Source of the DNA: Eledone cirrhosa
Taxonomy: Eukaryota
Assembly (NCBI GenBank): GCA_964016885.1
Contig: OZ024754.1
Coordinates: 21,266,001 to 21,330,000 of the forward strand
Direction: 5' to 3'
DNA: 64,000 bases
In this document: positions 38,273 to 51,942 of the stretch, in pieces
Layout of the letters: every line of letters begins with the position of its first letter
How positions within the stretch are numbered: the stretch's first letter is position 1
Translations under genes and position numbers: made by a program
Notes under the pieces: model-generated
What the model was told of the DNA's origin: nothing
The model's database searches: none
The model's input: the letters and a program-made list of their open reading frames with translations, nothing else

Positions 38273-38518
38273 GAAGAAAAGAAGCTGTTTGTTGAAAAGT
38301 TGGAAGAATTAGAAAAAGTTGAAATCAAACAGATATCTGAAACTAAAACAATTCCTGATTTGAAGATTCCCCCATTGAAAATTATTGATTCAAAGATTGA
38401 AGATGAAAGGAAAGTTAGGAAAACAGCAAAGAAAGAGTTTGGTGGAGTTTTAGGAGTCATATTGATGATGGTTCTATTGCCACTTGCCTGCTTTTACCTG
38501 ATTCTGCTGTGCCACAAG
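38273..38518 (+). CDS. LBR: LBR-like exon: charged linker + EFGG TM1
   Basis: EEKKL...KEFGGVLGVILMMVLLP...CHK|GTAGGT; EFGG starts the ERG4/ERG24 domain. Confidence 0.92.
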
Positions 38519-38919
38519 GTAGGTTAACAGTAAATTATAATATATGGTTGTTACTTACTTTAGACACCCTTTGATCATGTATGATGTGCACCTAGAAAGT
38601 TCCCTTCTGAAGCACAAGCCTAGGCAATGTTGTTTGTGGAAGACCAGCAGTTGTCCATGCATACCAGTCTCCCCTCTCCACACCACCAATGTTGTCCAAG
38701 GGAAAGGCAAAGGCCTTGGTACCAGTGATATCACTGGTACCAAGGCCTTTGAATGAAGCAATGTGAAATAAAGTGTCCTGCTCAAGGACACAACACATCG
38801 CCCAGTCCTGGAATCGAACTCACAACCTCATGATTGCAAGCCCAACACTCTAACCGCTAAGCCATGCACCTTCACTCACTGCTTACTAATTTGTACTTTA
38901 TTCTATTATGCCATTTCAG

Positions 38920-39106
38920 TACCAATGCAATATCTTTAGTCTACCCAAAATACCAAAGAACTGGAAGTATTACTTTGATCCACACTCTGCCTGTATTGTG
39001 CTAGGTTGGTTTCTGCTTCAGTCACTATTGGCAATCATTCCAATTGGAAGAAAAGTTACAGGACAAGCTCTACCCTCTGGTAATCGCCTGACATACCGCT
39101 GTAATG
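38920..39106 (+). CDS. LBR: LBR-like exon
   Basis: TTTCAG| YQCNIF...WFLLQSLLAIIPIGRKVTGQALPSGNRLTYRCN-G |GTAAGT. Confidence 0.94.
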
Positions 39107-39508
39107 GTAAGTGAGACCCCTACTATTGGTGATAATATCACTGAATTAACCCTTACATGCTCTTAGTAACTGCTTTATTCTTCTACCTTCTTATTTATAT
39201 TGCTTGTTTATCTCTTTTGATACTGATCCACCCCTACTTTTAATGATACATAATTTCATTTAAGAACCTTTGGTAAGTTAAGAGTCTAGCATGAAATTTA
39301 ATAATGAGAAAGTTAGTTATATTTCATTAGTAATATGGTGATGAAAGGGTTAAAGTGAAACTTTGTGTATATACATATATTTCAGTCATTGACTCAAATA
39401 TGAAACCTCTATCCTATTGGAAGTGGGATATATAAGTATGTTGTTAAGATGTATGACAAGTGTAATGGGGTTTGACAACGTTTATCAATTATGTTTTTAT
39501 TTCTCCAG

Positions 39509-39703
39509 GTTTCTTTGCATTGGTATTTGTCCTTGTTATGTTTGGGCTGGCTGTTTACTTGAAATTACCTGTCACTTTTGTCTATAACAAACTATTTTCA
39601 ATTGTGATTGCATCAACAATTCTAAGTTTCATTGTGACTGTTATCTTCTACATCAAGTCCAGATATGCACCACTAACAGCACTTGCAGCTACTGGCAATA
39701 CTG
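39509..39703 (+). CDS. LBR: LBR-like exon
   Basis: CTCCAG| FFALV...YIKSRYAPLTALAATGNT-G |GTAAAT. Confidence 0.94.
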
Positions 39704-40556
39704 GTAAATAACACAATTCCTTTTTTTTTTTTAAGTGTGTTCCTCATTTATTTACTAACAGTGGTACCCAGCATTACCTGTGTGCCAAATATGGAGAAAA
39801 ATAACTACAACATTTTATTAAACTTGTTTTTGGTTTGTTTATTTTCTTCCTATATAGAAACGTAATGTATATATATGTGTCTTGTCTATATATGCACATA
39901 CATCGTCTAAACCCATGCTACCGTGGAAGATAGACGATGATGATGATGATCCATGAATACCTATGTATGCATATACATGAATTTATATACATATGTACAC
40001 ACACACAGAAACACAGATATAGACACATTGTATATCATCACCATATGTCTGCTATCCACATTGACATGGCTTGGACAGGTTGGAGCAACCTTATCTTGCT
40101 TGTTGCATTCTATATTTGGCATGGTTTCTATGGCTTGATGCCCTTCCTAATACCAACCACTATATGGATGCATTTTATCATGACACCAGCACTACCACTT
40201 TACCGAGTGAATTTGGCACATCTTATGAAACCATCTCTAACACTTTGCAGAATGTCTTGTTTCTATTTTATTGCACCAGCCCTACTGAAGAGTCCTTTTA
40301 AACCATATATTGTCTATACATTTTGGTAGAAGTGCTGTTAATGGGTTTCCTTGTGTTCTAGGTAGCACTGTATACCTATGTATGGATTTATGCTTTCCAA
40401 GGGCCTTCATATCTTCTATTTAGCATTGAAACTATGCTTTCCAATATATTCGAGGTAACAATGTAAAATATTTGCAATATACTTCTCCCCTCTATTCCAG
40501 ATGTCATTAATATTCCAGGTGTAAAATATTGACGCTATATTTTCCCTGTATTCCAG

Positions 40557-40777
40557 GTAACGTCATATATGACTTCTTTATGGGACATGAACTAAATCCT
40601 CGAGTTGGTCGTTTGGATATGAAACTTTTAAATTTCCGAATGAGTTTTATCACCTGGCTTGTAGTAGATTTGTGCCTTGTTTTGAAAGCCCAACAGGACA
40701 CAGGTAGCATTTCCCTTTCCATTGCAATTGTCACAATCTTCCAAGCTGTTTATATTGCGGATGCTCTCTGGTTTGAG
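40557..40777 (+). CDS. LBR: LBR-like exon
   Basis: GNVIYDFFMGHELNPRVGRLDMK...FR...YIADALWFE|GTAAGT: sterol reductase signature. Confidence 0.96.
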
Positions 40778-41007
40778 GTAAGTTTGCTTTTTATTTCATT
40801 TCTTATGTCTTTTTAGAAGAAATGGTTATTATTATATATATTTTAATGTTTTAAAAACAAGGTGAAAGGCTGATTTAATTTAGGAGAAATGTATTGTATA
40901 AAGTAAATGTTGTTGAAATATCAAGAATGGCTTGGTGTGTTTATAAGGTTTACTTCACCTGAACCAATTAAAAAGTACAATAAAAACAGTTACCAAAAGT
41001 TGAGAAG

Positions 41008-41402
41008 GTTGACGTTGTCGTGAGTCTGAGACCATAGTGAGTGAGAGAGAGTAATGGTTTGTATACCTCTGAATGGTCTGTAGTAGTAGGTTGACGTTGT
41101 CGTGAGTCTGAGACCATAGTGAGTGAGAGAGAGTAATGGTTTGTATACCTCTGAATGGTCTGTAGTAGTAGGTTGACGTTGTCGTGAGTCTGAGACCATA
41201 GTGAGTGAGAGAGAGTAATGGTTTGTATACCTCTGAATGGTCTGTAGTAGTAGGTTGACGTTGTCGTGAGTCTGAGACCATAGTGAGTGAGAGAGAGTAA
41301 TGGTTTGTATACCTCTGAATGGTCTGTAGTAGTAGGTTGACGTAGTCGTGAGTCTGAGACCATAGTGAGTGAGAGAGAGTAATGGTCTGTAGTAGTAGGT
41401 TG
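41008..41402. repeat. 82-bp intronic minisatellite, about 5 copies
   Basis: GACGT(T/A)GTCGTGAGTCTGAGACC at 41011, 41093, 41175, 41257, 41339. Confidence 0.95.
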
Positions 41403-41738
41403 ATAATCTGCAACCCACATGTGGTGAAGGCTGCTGTGAGTAGGCAGAGCTGTATCTTGACTCCATGACAGGTGGCCGTGTGAAAGAGAGAGTTCTAACG
41501 GTCTCAATATATAGTCCCCATGGGGACGCAACTCTCATGAGTTCCGGATCTCACCATTAGGGGTCACTACATCTTCATATCATCATCTTCATTTTATGTC
41601 CATTTTCTATACTGACATGAATTGGTGTTGTTACTATGGTGGTATTACTACGGTGATGTTACAATGGTGCTGTAACAGTGGTGGTGTTGTTATGGCGCTG
41701 TTACTATCGTGTTGTTACTATGATGTTATATTTTATAG

Positions 41739-41907
41739 GAGACCCTACTGAACACAATGGATATTCTACATGATGGTTATGGCTTCATGTCAGTGTTTGG
41801 CAATATGGTATGGATCCCTTATGTTTACTGTATTCAAGGACTTTACTTGCTGCAACAAAAAGTTCTGCTTCCATATTACATATTGGCTGTTATTGCAGTC
41901 TTAAATT
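41739..41907 (+). CDS. LBR: LBR-like exon; the remaining 3' exons lie beyond the window
   Basis: TTTATAG| ETLLNTMDILHDGYGFMSVFGNMVWIPYVYCIQGLYL...VLN-T |GTAAGT; 169 bp; not in the ORF track. Confidence 0.95.
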
Positions 41908-44050
41908 GTAAGTATTAACTACAGTTTTAATAAATTGTCTAGATGTTAAGTATATACTATATTAACTACAGTTTTATAAGTATAAACTATATTAACTACA
42001 GTTTTATAAGTATAAACTATATTAACTATAGTTTTAATAAATTGTCTAGATGTTAAGTATATACTATATTAACTACAGTTTTATAAGTATAAACTATATT
42101 AACTATAGTTTTAATAAATTGTCTAGATGTTAAGTATATACTATATTAACTACAGTTTTAATAAATTGTCTAGATATTAAGTATATACTATATTAACTAG
42201 TTTTAATAAATTGTCTAGATGTTAAGTATATACTATATTAACTACAGTTTTAATAAATTGTCTAGATATTAAGTATATACTATATTAACTAGTTTTAATA
42301 AATTGTCTAGATGTTAAGTATATACTATATTAACCACAGTTTTAATAAATTGTCTAGATGTTAAGTATATACTATATTAACTACAGTTTTAATAAATTGT
42401 CTAAATGTTAAGTATATACTATATTAACTACAGTTTAAATAAATTGTCTAGATGTTAAGTATATACTATATTAACTACAGTTTTAATGAATTGTCTAGAT
42501 GTTAAGTATATACTATATTAACTCCAGTTTTAATAAATTGTCTAGATGTTAAGTATATACTATATTAACTACAGTTTTAATAAATTGTCTAGATGTTAAG
42601 TATATACTATATTAACTAGTTTTAATAAATTGTCTAGATGTTAAGTATATACTATATTAACTACAGTTTTAATAAATTGTCTAGATGTTAAGTATATACT
42701 ATATTAACTACAGTTTTAATAAATTGTCTAGATGTTAAGTATATACTATATTAACTACAGTTTTAATAAATTGTCTAGATGTTAAGTATATACTATATTA
42801 ACTACAGTTTTAATAAATTGTCTAGATGTTAAGTATATACTATATTAACTAGTTTTAATAAATTGTCTAGATGTTAAGTATATACTATATTAACTACAGT
42901 TTTAATAAATTGTCTAAATGTTAAGTATATACTATATTAACTACAGTTTAAATAAATTGTCTAGATGTTAAGTATATACTATATTAACTCCAGTTTTAAT
43001 AAATTGTCTAGATGTTAAGTATATACTATATTAACTAGTTTTAATAAATTGTCTAGATGTTAAGTATATACTATATTAACTAGTTTTAATAAATTGTCTA
43101 GATGTTAAGTATATACTATATTAACTACAGTTTTAATAAATTGTCTAGATGTTAAGTATATACTATATTAACTAGTTTTAATAAATTGTCTAGATGTTAA
43201 GTATATACTATATTAACTACAGTTTTAATAAATTGTCTAGATGTTAAGTATATACTATATTAACTACAGTTTTAATAAATTGTCTAGATGTTAAGTATAT
43301 ACTATGTTAACTACAGTTTTAATAAATTGTCTAGATGTTAAGTATATACTATATTAACTACATTTTTAATAAATTGTCTAGATGTTAAGTATATACTATA
43401 TTAACTACAGTTTTAATAAATTATCTAGATGTTAAGTATATACTATATTAACTACAGTTTTAATAAATTGTCTAGATGTTAAGTATATACTATATTAAAT
43501 ACAGTTTTAATAAATTGTCTAGATGTTAAGTATATACTATATTAACTACAGTTTTAATAAATTGTCTAGATGTTAAGTATATACTATATTAACTAGTTTT
43601 AATAAATTGTCTAGATGTTAAGTATATACTCTATTAACCACAGTTTTAATAAATTGTCTAGATGTTAAGTATATACTATATTAACTACAGTTTTAATAAA
43701 TTGTCTAAATGTTAAGTATATACTATATTAACTACAGTTTAAATAAATTGTCTAGATGTTAAGTATATACTATATTAACTACAGTTTTAATAAATTGTCT
43801 AGATGTTAAGTATATACTATATTAACTAGTTTTAATAAATTGTCTAGATGTTAAGTATATACTATATTAACTAGTTTTAATAAATTGTCTAGATGTTAAG
43901 TATATACTATATTAACTACAGTTTTAATAAATTGTCTAGATGTTAAGTATATACTATATTAACTACAGTTTTAATAAATTGTCTAGATGTTAAGTATATA
44001 CTATATTAACTAGTTTTAATAAATTGTCTAGATGTTAAGTATATACTATA

Positions 44051-44864
44051 CTAGCAGTAAAGCCCGGCGTTGCTCGGGGTCGCTCAGTAGCTGTGTTAAA
44101 GTTACAATGTTAAGTTTCTTTCTTGGCTTAAAAACTGTAGTGTCTACTGTGCAGACTTGCATGTGGTGTTTTTGATTAATATTCCCTCAACCAACAATAT
44201 GCCTTATGAAGTTAAGAAAACATAACGATAACCCGAATGTTATAACAAAAGAGGATGCTGGGGATAGAAACTGCACTGGTTATTTATTAACAAAGATCGA
44301 AAATGTAAATACTGCAACGCAGAGAAAAACATTAACGTAACCAAATTATCAGTTATGTCTGTCTGCACGCCTATATCACCTCTCTGCACGACTGTCTGTC
44401 TGCACGCCTATATCACCTCTCTGCACGACTGTCTGTCTGCACGCCTAACAACGAAATATTTGCTTCTTTTACGTAGTCTTTAAATAGACTTGTTTTCAAG
44501 TAAAAATATTGTTTTAAATGGAAATGAAGCAAAACGGAAGCTTAGTGTTCGAACTGATGAATTTTGCAGGTCAATATTTTGCTGGCTCGACAACTGTTAA
44601 AGCCAGCGTAATTTTTTACGTAAGACGCTCAATGTAAACAGAACAAAGGGAAATAACTGATAACTTACGCTCAAAAATCGATACATTATATTCGATTTAG
44701 TCACATAGGGTGGGTGAATTTGAAATATTTTTTTTTCCGATGTCTTCGCTAGGGCTCAATGTACAAGTATAGCAATTTCGGTGCAATTCCGTGAGAGATT
44801 CTAAGAGGAGATGTGTGCCAAAAATCGATAGACAGACAGACAACCACAGTTTTATATATATAGA
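44051..44864 (-). mobile_element. Non-autonomous Helitron, copy 1 (most divergent)
   Basis: Minus strand A|TCTATATATATAAAA..(GTCT)n...CCCGAGCAACGCCGGG..CTAG|T, no TSD; internal 34-bp minisatellite. Confidence 0.88.
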
Positions 44865-45706
44865 TTAAACACAGTTTTAATAAATTGTCCAGCTGTTAAG
44901 TATATACTATATTAACTACAGTTTTAATAAATTGTCTAATTGTTAAGTATATACTATATTAACTACAGTTTTAATAAATTGTCTAGATGTTAAGTATATA
45001 CTATATTAACTACATTTTTAATAAATTGTCTAGATGTTAAGTATATACTCTATTAACCACAGTTTTAATAAATTGTCTAGATGTTAAGTATATACTATAT
45101 TAACTACAGTTTTAATAAATTGTCTAAATGTTAGGTATATACTATATTAACTACAGTTTAAATAAATTGTCTAGATGTTAAGTATATACTATATTAACTA
45201 CAGTTTTAATAAATTGTCTAGATGTTAAGTATATACTATATTAACTACAGTTTTAATAAATTGTCTAGATGTTAAGTATATACTATATTAACTACAGTTT
45301 TAATAAATTATCTAGATGTTAAGTATATACTATATTAACTACAGTTTTAATAAATTGTCTAGATGTTAAGTATATCCTATATTAACTAGTTTTAATAAAT
45401 TGTCTAGATGTTAAGTATATACTCTATTAACCACAGTTTTAATAAATTGTCTAGATGTTAAGTATATACTATATTAACTACAGTTTTAATAAATTGTCTA
45501 GATGTTAAGTATATACTATATTAACTACAGTTTTAATAAATTGTCTTGATGTTAAGTATATACTATATTAACTACAGTTTTAATAAATTGTCTAGATGTT
45601 AAGTATATACTATATTAACTACAGTTTTAATAAATTGTCTAGATGTTAAGTATATACTATATTAACTAGTTTTAATAAATTGTCTAGATGTTAAGTATAT
45701 ACTATA

Positions 45707-46586
45707 CTAGCAGTAAAGCCCGGCGTTGCTCGGGGTCGCTCAGTAGCTGTGTTAAAGTTACAATGTTAAGTTTCTTTCTTGGCTTAAAAACTGTAGTGTC
45801 TACTGTGCAGACTTGCATGTGGTGTTTTTGATTAATATTCCCTCAACCAACAATATGCCTTATGAAGTTAAGAAAACATAACAATAACCCGAATGTTATA
45901 ACAAAAGAGGATGCTGGGGATAGAAACTGCACTGGTTATTTATTAACAAAGATCGAAAATGTAAACACTGCAACGCAGAGAAAAACATTAACGTAACCAA
46001 ATTATCAGTTATGTCTGTCTGCACGCCTATATCACCTCTCTGCACGACTGTCTGTCTGCACGCCTATATCACCTCTCTGCACGACTGTCTGTCTGCACGC
46101 GTATATCACCTCTCTGCACGACTGTCTGTCTGCACGACTGTCTGTGTCTGCACGCCTAACGACGAAGTATTTGCTTGTTTTACGTAGTCTTTAAATAGAC
46201 TTGTTTTCAAGTAAAAATATTGTTTTAAAATGCTTTTAAATGGAAATGAAGCAAAACGGAAGCTTAGTGTTCGAACTGATGAATTTTGCAGGTCAATATT
46301 TTGCTGGCTCGACAACTGTTAAAGCCAGCGTAATTTTTTACGTAAGACGCTCAATGTAAACAGAACAAAGGGAAATAACTGATAACTTACGCTCAAAAAT
46401 CGATACATTATATTCGATTTAGTCACATAGGGTGGGTGAATTTGAAATAATTTTTTTTCCGATGTCTTCGCTAGGGCTCAATGTACAAGTATAGCAATTT
46501 CGGTGCAATTCCGTGAGAGATTCTAAGAGGAGATGTGTGCCGAAAATCGATAGACAGACAGACAACCACAGTTTTATATATATAGA
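45707..46586 (-). mobile_element. Helitron copy 2
   Basis: Same termini and insertion point. Confidence 0.88.
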
Positions 46587-48779
46587 TTAAACACAGTTTT
46601 AATAAATTGTCTAGCTGTTAAGTATATACTATATTAACTACAGTTTTAATAAATTGTCTAAATGTTAAGTATATACTATATTAACTACAGTTTTAATAAA
46701 TTGTCTAGATGTTAAGTATATACTATATTAACTACATTTTTAATAAATTGTCTAGATGTTAAGTATATACTATATTAACTACAGTTTTAATAAATTATCT
46801 AGATGTTAAGTATATACTATATTAACTAGTTTTAATAAATTTTCTAGATGTTAAGTATATACTATATTAACTAGTTTTAATGAATTGTCTAGATATTAAG
46901 TATATACTATATTAACTACAGTTTTAATAAATTGTCTAGATGTTAAGTATATACTATATTAACTACAGTTTTAATAAATTGTCTAGATGTTAAGTATATA
47001 CTATATTAACTACAGTTTTAATAAATTGTCTAGATGTTAAGTATATACTATATTAACTAGTTTTAATAAATTGTCTAGATGTTAAGTATATACTCTATTA
47101 ACCAGTTTTAATAAATTGTCTAGATGTTAAGTATATACTATATTAACTACAGTTTTAATAAATTGTCTAAATGTTAAGTATATACTATATTAACTACAGT
47201 TTAAATAAATTGTCTAGATGTTAAGTATATACTATATTAACTACAGTTTTAATAAATTGTCTAGATGTTAAGTATATAATATATTAACTACAGTTTTAAT
47301 AAATTGTCTAGATGTTAAGTATATACTATATTAACTACAGTTTTAATAAATTGTCTAATTGTTAAGTATATACTATATTAACTACAGTTTAAATAAATTA
47401 TCTAGATGTTAAGTATATACTATATTAACTACAGTTTTAATAAATTGTCTAGATGTTAAGTATATACTATATTAACTCCAGTTTTAATAAATTGTCTAGA
47501 TGTTAAGTATATACTATATTAACTACAGTTTTAATAAATTGTCTAGATGTTAAGTATATACTATATTAACTACAGTTTTAATAAATTGTCTAGATGTTAA
47601 GTATATACTATATTAACTAGTTTTAATAAATTGTCTAGATGTTAAGTATATACTATATTAACCACAGTTTTAATAAATTGTCTAGATGTTAAGTATATAC
47701 TATATTAACTACAGTTTTAATAAATTGTCTAAATGTTAAGTATATACTATATTAACTACAGTTTAAATAAATTGTCTAGATGTTAAGTATATACTATATT
47801 AACTACAGTTTTAATAAATTGTCTAGATGTTAAGTATATACTATATTAACTACAGTTTTAATAAATTGTCTCGATGTTAAGTATATACTATATTAACTAC
47901 AGTTTTAATAAATTGTCTAGATGTTAAGTATATACTATATTAACTACAGTTTTAATAAATTGTCTAGATGTTAAGTATATACTATATTAACTAGTTTTAA
48001 TAAATTGTCTAGATGTTAAGTATATACTATATTAACCACAGTTTTAATAAATTGTCTAGATGTTAAGTATATACTATATTAACTACAGTTTTAATAAATT
48101 GTCTAAATGTTAAGTATATACTATATTAACTACAGTTTAAATAAATTGTCTAGATGTTAAGTATATACTATATTAACTACAGTTTTAATAAATTGTCTAG
48201 ATGTTAAGTATATACTATATTAACTCCAGTTTTAATAAATTGTCTAGATGTTAAGTATATACTATATTAACTACAGTTTTAATAAATTGTCTAGATGTTA
48301 AGTATATACTATATTAACTACAGTTTTAATAAATTGTCTAGATGTTAAGTATATACTATATTAACTAGTTTTAATAAATTGTCTAGATGTTAAGTATATA
48401 CTCTATTAACCACAGTTTTAATAAATTGTCTAGATGTTAAGTATATACTATATTAACTACAGTTTTAATAAATTGTCTAAATGTTAAGTATATACTATAT
48501 TAACTACAGTTTAAATAAATTGTCTAGATGTTAAGTATATACTATATTAACTACAGTTTTAATAAATTGTCTAGATGTTAAGTATATACTATATTAACTC
48601 CAGTTTTAATAAATTGTCTAGATGTTAAGTATATACTATATTAACTACAGTTTTAATAAATTGTCTAGATGTTAAGTATATACTATATTAACTACAGTTT
48701 TAATAAATTGTCTAGATGTTAAGTATATACTATATTAACTAGTTTTAATAAATTGTCTAGATGTTAAGTATATACTATA

Positions 48780-49631
48780 CTAGCAGTAAAGCCCGGCGTT
48801 GCTCAGTAGCTGTGTTAAAGTTACAATGTTAAGTTTCTTTCTTGGCTTAAAAACTGTAGTGTCTTCTGTGCAGACTTGCATGTGGTGTTTTTGATTAATA
48901 TTCCCTCAAACAACAATATGCCTTATGAAGTTAAGAAAACATAACAATAACCCGAATGTTATAACAAAAGAGGATGCTGGGGATAGAAACTGCACTGGTT
49001 ATTTATTAACAAAGATCGAAAATGTAAACACTGCAACGCAGAGAAAAACATTAACGTAACCAAATTATCAGTTATGTCTGTCTGCACGCCTATATCACCT
49101 CTCTGCACGACTGTCTGTCTGCACGCCTATATCACCTCTCTGCACGACTGTCTGTCTGCACGCGTATATCACCTCTCTGCACGACTGTCTGTCTGCACGC
49201 CTAACGACGAAATATTTGCTTGTTTTACGTAGTCTTTAAATAGACTTGTTTTCAAGTAAAAATATTGTTTTAAAATGCTTTTAAATGGAAATGAAGCAAA
49301 ACGGAAGCTTAGTGTTCGAACTGATGAATTTTGCAGGTCAATATTTTGCTGGCTCGACAACTGTTAAAGCCAGCGTAATTTTTTACGTAAGACGCTCAAT
49401 GTAAACAGAACAAAGGGAAATAACTGATAACTTACGCTCAAAAATCGATACATTATATTCGATTTCGTCACATAGGGTGGGTGAATTTGAAATATTTTTT
49501 TTTCCGATGTCTTCGCTAGGGCTCAATGTACAAGTATAGCAATTTCGGTGCAATTCCGTGAGAGATTCTAAGAGGAGATGTGTGCCACAAATCGATAGAC
49601 AGACAGACAACCACAGTTTTATATATATAGA
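48780..49631 (-). mobile_element. Helitron copy 3 (10-bp hairpin deletion)
   Basis: GCCCGGCGTTGCTCAGTAGC lacks the CGGGGTCGCT segment. Confidence 0.88.
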
Positions 49632-51080
49632 TTAAACACAGTTTTAATAAATTGTCTAGCTGTTAAGTATATACTATATTAACTACAGTTTTAATAAATT
49701 GTCTAAATGTTAAGTATATACTATATTAATTACAGTTTTAATAAATTGTCTAGATGTTAAGTATATACTATATTAACTACATTTTTAATAAATTGTCTAG
49801 ATGTTAAGTATATACTATATTAACTACAGTTTTAATAAATTATCTAGATGTTAAGTATATACTATATTAACTAGTTTTAATAAATTGTCTAGATGTTAAG
49901 TATATACTATATTAACTACAGTTTTAATAAATTGTCTCGATGTTAAGTATATACTATATTAACTACAGTTTTAATAAATTGTCTAGATGTTAAGTATATA
50001 CTATATTAACTACAGTTTTAATAAATTGTCTAGATGTTAAGTATATACTATATTAACTAGTTTTAATAAATTGTCTAGATGTTAAGTATATACTATATTA
50101 ACTACAGTTTTAATAAATTGTCTAGATGTTAAGTATATACTATATTAACTACAGTTTTAATAAATTGTCTAGATGTTAAGTATATACTATATTAACTACA
50201 GTTTTAATAAATTATCTAGATGTTAAGTATATACTATATTAACTACAGTTTTAATAAATTGTCTAGATGTTAAGTATATACTATATTAACTACAGTTTTA
50301 ATAAATTATCTAGATGTTAAGTATATACTATATGAACTACAGTTTTAATAAATTGTCTAGATGTTAAGTATATCCTATATTAACTAGTTTTAATAAATTG
50401 TCTAGATGTTAAGTATATACTCTATTAACCACAGTTTTAATAAATTGTCTAGATGTTAAGTATATACTATATTAACTACAGTTTTAATAAATTGTCTAAA
50501 TGTTAAGTATATACTATATTAACTACAGTTTAAATAAATTGTCTAGATGTTAAGTATATACTATATTAACTACAGTTTTAATAAATTGTCTAGATGTTAA
50601 GTATATACTATATTAACTCCAGTTTTAATAAATTGTCTAGATGTTAAGTATATACTATATTAACTACAGTTTTAATAAATTGTCTAGATGTTAAGTATAT
50701 ACTATATTAACTACAGTTTTAATAAATTGTCTTGATGTTAAGTATATACTATATTAACTACAGTTTTAATAAATTGTCTAGATGTTAAGTATATACTATA
50801 TTAACTACAGTTTTAATAAATTGTCTAGATGTTAAGTATATACTATATTAACTACAGTTTTAATAAATTGTCTAGATGTTAAGTATATACTATATTAACT
50901 ACAGTTTTAATAAATTGTCTAGATGTTAAGTATATACTATATTAACTACAGTTTTAATAAATTGTCTTGATGTTAAGTATATACTATATTAACTACAGTT
51001 TTAATAAATTGTCTAGATGTTAAGTATATACTATATTAACTAGTTTTAATAAATTGTCTAGATGTTAAGTATATACTATA

Positions 51081-51942
51081 CTAGCAGTAAAGCCCGGCGT
51101 TGCTCGGGGTCGCTCAGTAGCTGTGTTAAAGTTACAATGTTAAGTTTCTTTCTTGGCTTAAAAACTGTAGTGTCTTCTGTGCAGACTTGCATGTGGTGTT
51201 TTTGATTAATATTCCCTCAAACAACAATATGCCTTATGAAGTTAAGAAAACATAACAATAACCCGAATGTTATAACAAAAGAGGATGCTGGGGATAGAAA
51301 CTGCACTGGTTATTTATTAACAAAGATCGAAAATGTAAACACTGCAACGCAGAGAAAAACATTAACGTAACCAAATTATCAGTTATGTCTGTCTGCACGC
51401 CTATATCACCTCTCTGCACGACTGTCTGTCTGCACGCCTATATCACCTCTCTGCACGACTGTCTGTCTGCACGCGTATATCACCTCTCTGCACGACTGTC
51501 TGTCTGCACGCCTAACGACGAAATATTTGCTTGTTTTACGTAGTCTTTAAATAGACTTGTTTTCAAGTAAAAATATTGTTTTAAAATGCTTTTAAATGGA
51601 AATGAAGCAAAACGGAAGCTTAGTGTTCGAACTGATGAATTTTGCAGGTCAATATTTTGCTGGCTCGACAACTGTTAAAGCCAGCGTAATTTTTTACGTA
51701 AGACGCTCAATGTAAACAGAACAAAGGGAAATAACTGATAACTTACGCTCAAAAATCGATACATTATATTCGATTTCGTCACATAGGGTGGGTGAATTTG
51801 AAATATTTTTTTTTCCGATGTCTTCGCTAGGGCTCAATGTACAAGTATAGCAATTTCGGTGCAATTCCGTGAGAGATTCTAAGAGGAGATGTGTGCCACA
51901 AATCGATAGACAGACAGACAACCACAGTTTTATATATATAGA
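51081..51942 (-). mobile_element. Helitron copy 4
   Basis: 862 bp. Confidence 0.88.

Noticed and set aside
40955-41538. Three overlapping 150-187 aa ORFs
   Set aside because: Artefact of the 82-bp tandem repeat cycling through frames.
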